DNA of 64,000 nucleotides from Scyliorhinus canicula (lineage: Eukaryota), in assembly GCF_902713615.1 (NCBI RefSeq), contig NC_052149.1, positions 214,995,623-215,059,622 on the forward strand. The letters are read 5' to 3'. A program made the translations under genes and the position numbers. The notes below the pieces were generated by a model. The model ran no database searches. It saw only the letters and a list, made by a program, of their open reading frames with translations, and was not told where the DNA came from. Below, one piece after another: positions 61,735-64,000 of the stretch (within the stretch, counting starts at the first letter, position 1; the number at the start of each line of letters is the position of its first letter).

Positions 61735-63150
61735 TGGATGTGCAACACAAATGTAGGCCATTCAGCCCAACTAGCCCATGCTGGAATTATGCTCCGCTCG
61801 AGTCTTCTCTCACATTTTTTCTTCTAAATTCAGCATTGCAACCATCCATTCCCTTCTTCCTCCCTCATATGCTTACTTAATTTCCCCTTAAATGCATCCA
61901 TATTATTTTCTTCCACCACTCCCCTTGATCGCGAGTTCCACATTCCTCCCCATTAGGTTAATCAACGTTTACAGCACATAATGAGGTCATTCATGTTGAT
62001 TAACAAAAATCTGACTACACTCATCCCATTTTCCAGCGCTTGGTCCATAGCCCTGGAGGTTACAGCTGCGGAAATTAATATCTAAAGACTTCTTAAATGT
62101 TACGAGAGTTTCTGACTCAACCACCTTTTCAGGCAGAGAGTTCCACTCCCACCACTCTTGCAGTGAAAAAGCTTCTCCTCAACTCTCCACTTAACCTTTA
62201 AAATAGGCCCTCCCTGGTTACTGGTTGCTATCTATTCTATCTATGCCCTTCATAATCTTTTACCACCTCTATCAGATTTCCTCTTAACCTTCACTTCGCC
62301 ATGAAAACAGTCCCAGACTGTTTCATCTTTCCTCATAGCTCAGACACTCCAGCCCAGGCAGCATCCTGGAAAATGTACTCTGCACCCAGCATTTTATACA
62401 GTTTCAGCATGGCCCTGGCTCTTGTATCTATGCCTCAGCTAATAAAGGCAAGTATTCCATGTGCCTTGTATTTTTTGGGGGGGGAAATATTTTATTGAGG
62501 CATTTATAATTTTAACAATTTTCAATATCAAATTTCAACAAAAAGTCAACAATATAACTAATAAACTCTCCAAGCACAAACCCCAGCCAACATGGCTTAC
62601 ACAAACAGTGCCACATTCCCCAGCTACCCCTCCATTGGTTCTCCTGCCCTTGCTCATCTCTCCCATTCCCCCCTCTCCTCACCTTCCCCTCCTGCTGACA
62701 GCTTAATGTTTCTCAAAGAAGTCGATGAACGGCTGCCACCTCCAAGCAAACCCCTGCAACGAACCCCTCAAGGCGAATTAAATTTTCGCAAGTCTAAGAA
62801 ACCCCGCCATGTCGCTAACCCATACCCCGACTTTAGGGGTTCCGAGTCCCTCCACCCTAATAAGATCCGTCTCCGGGCCACCAGGGAGGCAAAGTCCAGG
62901 ATGTTGGCCTCTCTCACCCCCTGGGCTCCCGGGTCTTCCGACACACCAAAGATCGCCACCTCTGGACTCGGCACCACCCTCACTTGCAAACCCCTGCCAG
63001 AAACCCCTCAGCCTCCACATGCCTTCTTAACCACTTATCTACTTGCCCTGCCTTAAATGTTACGAGAGTTTCTGACTCAACCACCTTCAGAGATCTTTGG
63101 ATATGCACCCAAGGTCCCTCTCTTCAATGCTTTCTGGGGTGCAACCTCTT
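61735..63150 (-). mobile_element. CR1 3' fragments interrupted by an L1
   Basis: accaccttttcaggcagagagttcca, cctcagctaataaaggcaag (compare 5143-5265); resumes at 63014. Confidence 0.75.
62468..63013 (-). mobile_element. L1-clade LINE 3' fragment
   Basis: AIFGVSED..FASLVARRRILLGWR (fish-type L1 ORF2 C-terminus); AATAAA at 62491-62496 then an A-rich end; degenerate TSD TCCATGTGCCTT (62456-62467) / TCCACATGCCTT (63014-63025). Confidence 0.8.
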
Positions 63151-64000
63151 ATAGTCGAATTCCTTCTTGGATTTCTTGGCAGCCACCAGTTGAGCTACTG
63201 ACATTGCAGCTGCATTACAGTCTTCTACATAGTTGGGATCAGCACGTGGTGATCTACCAGGTATGTGACCTGCAACGTGCCAAAGGGAAACGATAGTTCA
63301 TTTGCCAGCTCAATGGAGGGTGAGATGACAGAAGAGTTCTGCTGCAGAGGATTCGGAGGAGGATCTGGCATGAGAAATGTACATGACAAGGCATGCACAC
63401 CCATATGTGGGTGCATTGACTGGCCAGCCAGACAATCTTTTGTCACAGTCAAGGAGCAGGGGAGAAGTCCAGCTCCGACGTGGCAGAAGGCAACACACAG
63501 AGCTTCCCCTGTCTGCAGTCTATGCTCAATATTCTGTCGTGTTGCTGACCCTGAGGCACTGCAGACTCCATACTGGTTGCAACCTTTGTGTGGACAGATC
63601 AAATCCACTGTCATCCCAGCCAGGATGCAGCGACACACCTTGCCAAAACTCACAGCATCCAGAAAATCACTTCACTGTCTCTTCCAGAGACTTGGCAAAA
63701 GCAGAATTTCTTTATAATGGCACTTTCTTCAAGTTGAGTGACTAGATCTTTTCATAGAACACTTTTGCGGCTGAATATTTGTTATATGGCAATTGACAAG
63801 CGAGTACATACAATAGATCATCATACCAGCTGATGGAGTTGAGTGATATTCTGAGGACACCACTTCAGATGCTTACTGCACACACAGGGTTGCCCAAGTA
63901 AGCTCATTCTCACCATGGGTTGCCGTTGCGGGATGCACTTGAAGTGGTTGGAGGTGGAGTGCATCGCACTAGGAGGTTTCTGTAGTGTTATGTCAAGCAG

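Larger units (their letters stand above)
2391..64000 (-). other. tenm2: tenm2 intron upstream of the exon (at least 61.6 kb, continues beyond the window)
   Basis: No other teneurin-like coding segment found; the preceding tetrapod exon (GRPIPP...DEEFSPNSYLL) was not seen. Small alternative first exons cannot be excluded. Confidence 0.75.

Overview
Vertebrate genomic DNA, inferred from its repeat families to be a shark (catshark/Scyliorhinus-like). The window lies inside the teneurin-2 gene (tenm2, minus strand). The only host coding sequence I can support is one 235-bp exon (2156-2390) encoding part of the intracellular domain. The rest is intron, at least 61 kb of it upstream of that exon, and is mostly nested transposable elements: many CR1 LINEs, a second CR1/L2-type LINE, Rex1/Babar, RTE and L1 fragments, two decayed Gypsy LTR elements, HE1-like and other tRNA-headed SINEs, Penelope-like termini, and a GC-rich PIF/Harbinger-type MITE family. 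The best second-look items are: minimal hammerhead ribozyme motifs in the Penelope-like ends (one with an intact core, two with a U3-A8 covariant core), two of them on the tenm2 sense strand; three 36-44 bp locally templated insertions; a perfect 91-bp inverted repeat; a symmetric CRE/NRF1/CCAAT module inside the MITEs; and tail-swapping among SINEs. I see no convincing new protein-coding system. Family names come from motif recognition, not database searches, and boundaries of old repeats are approximate.
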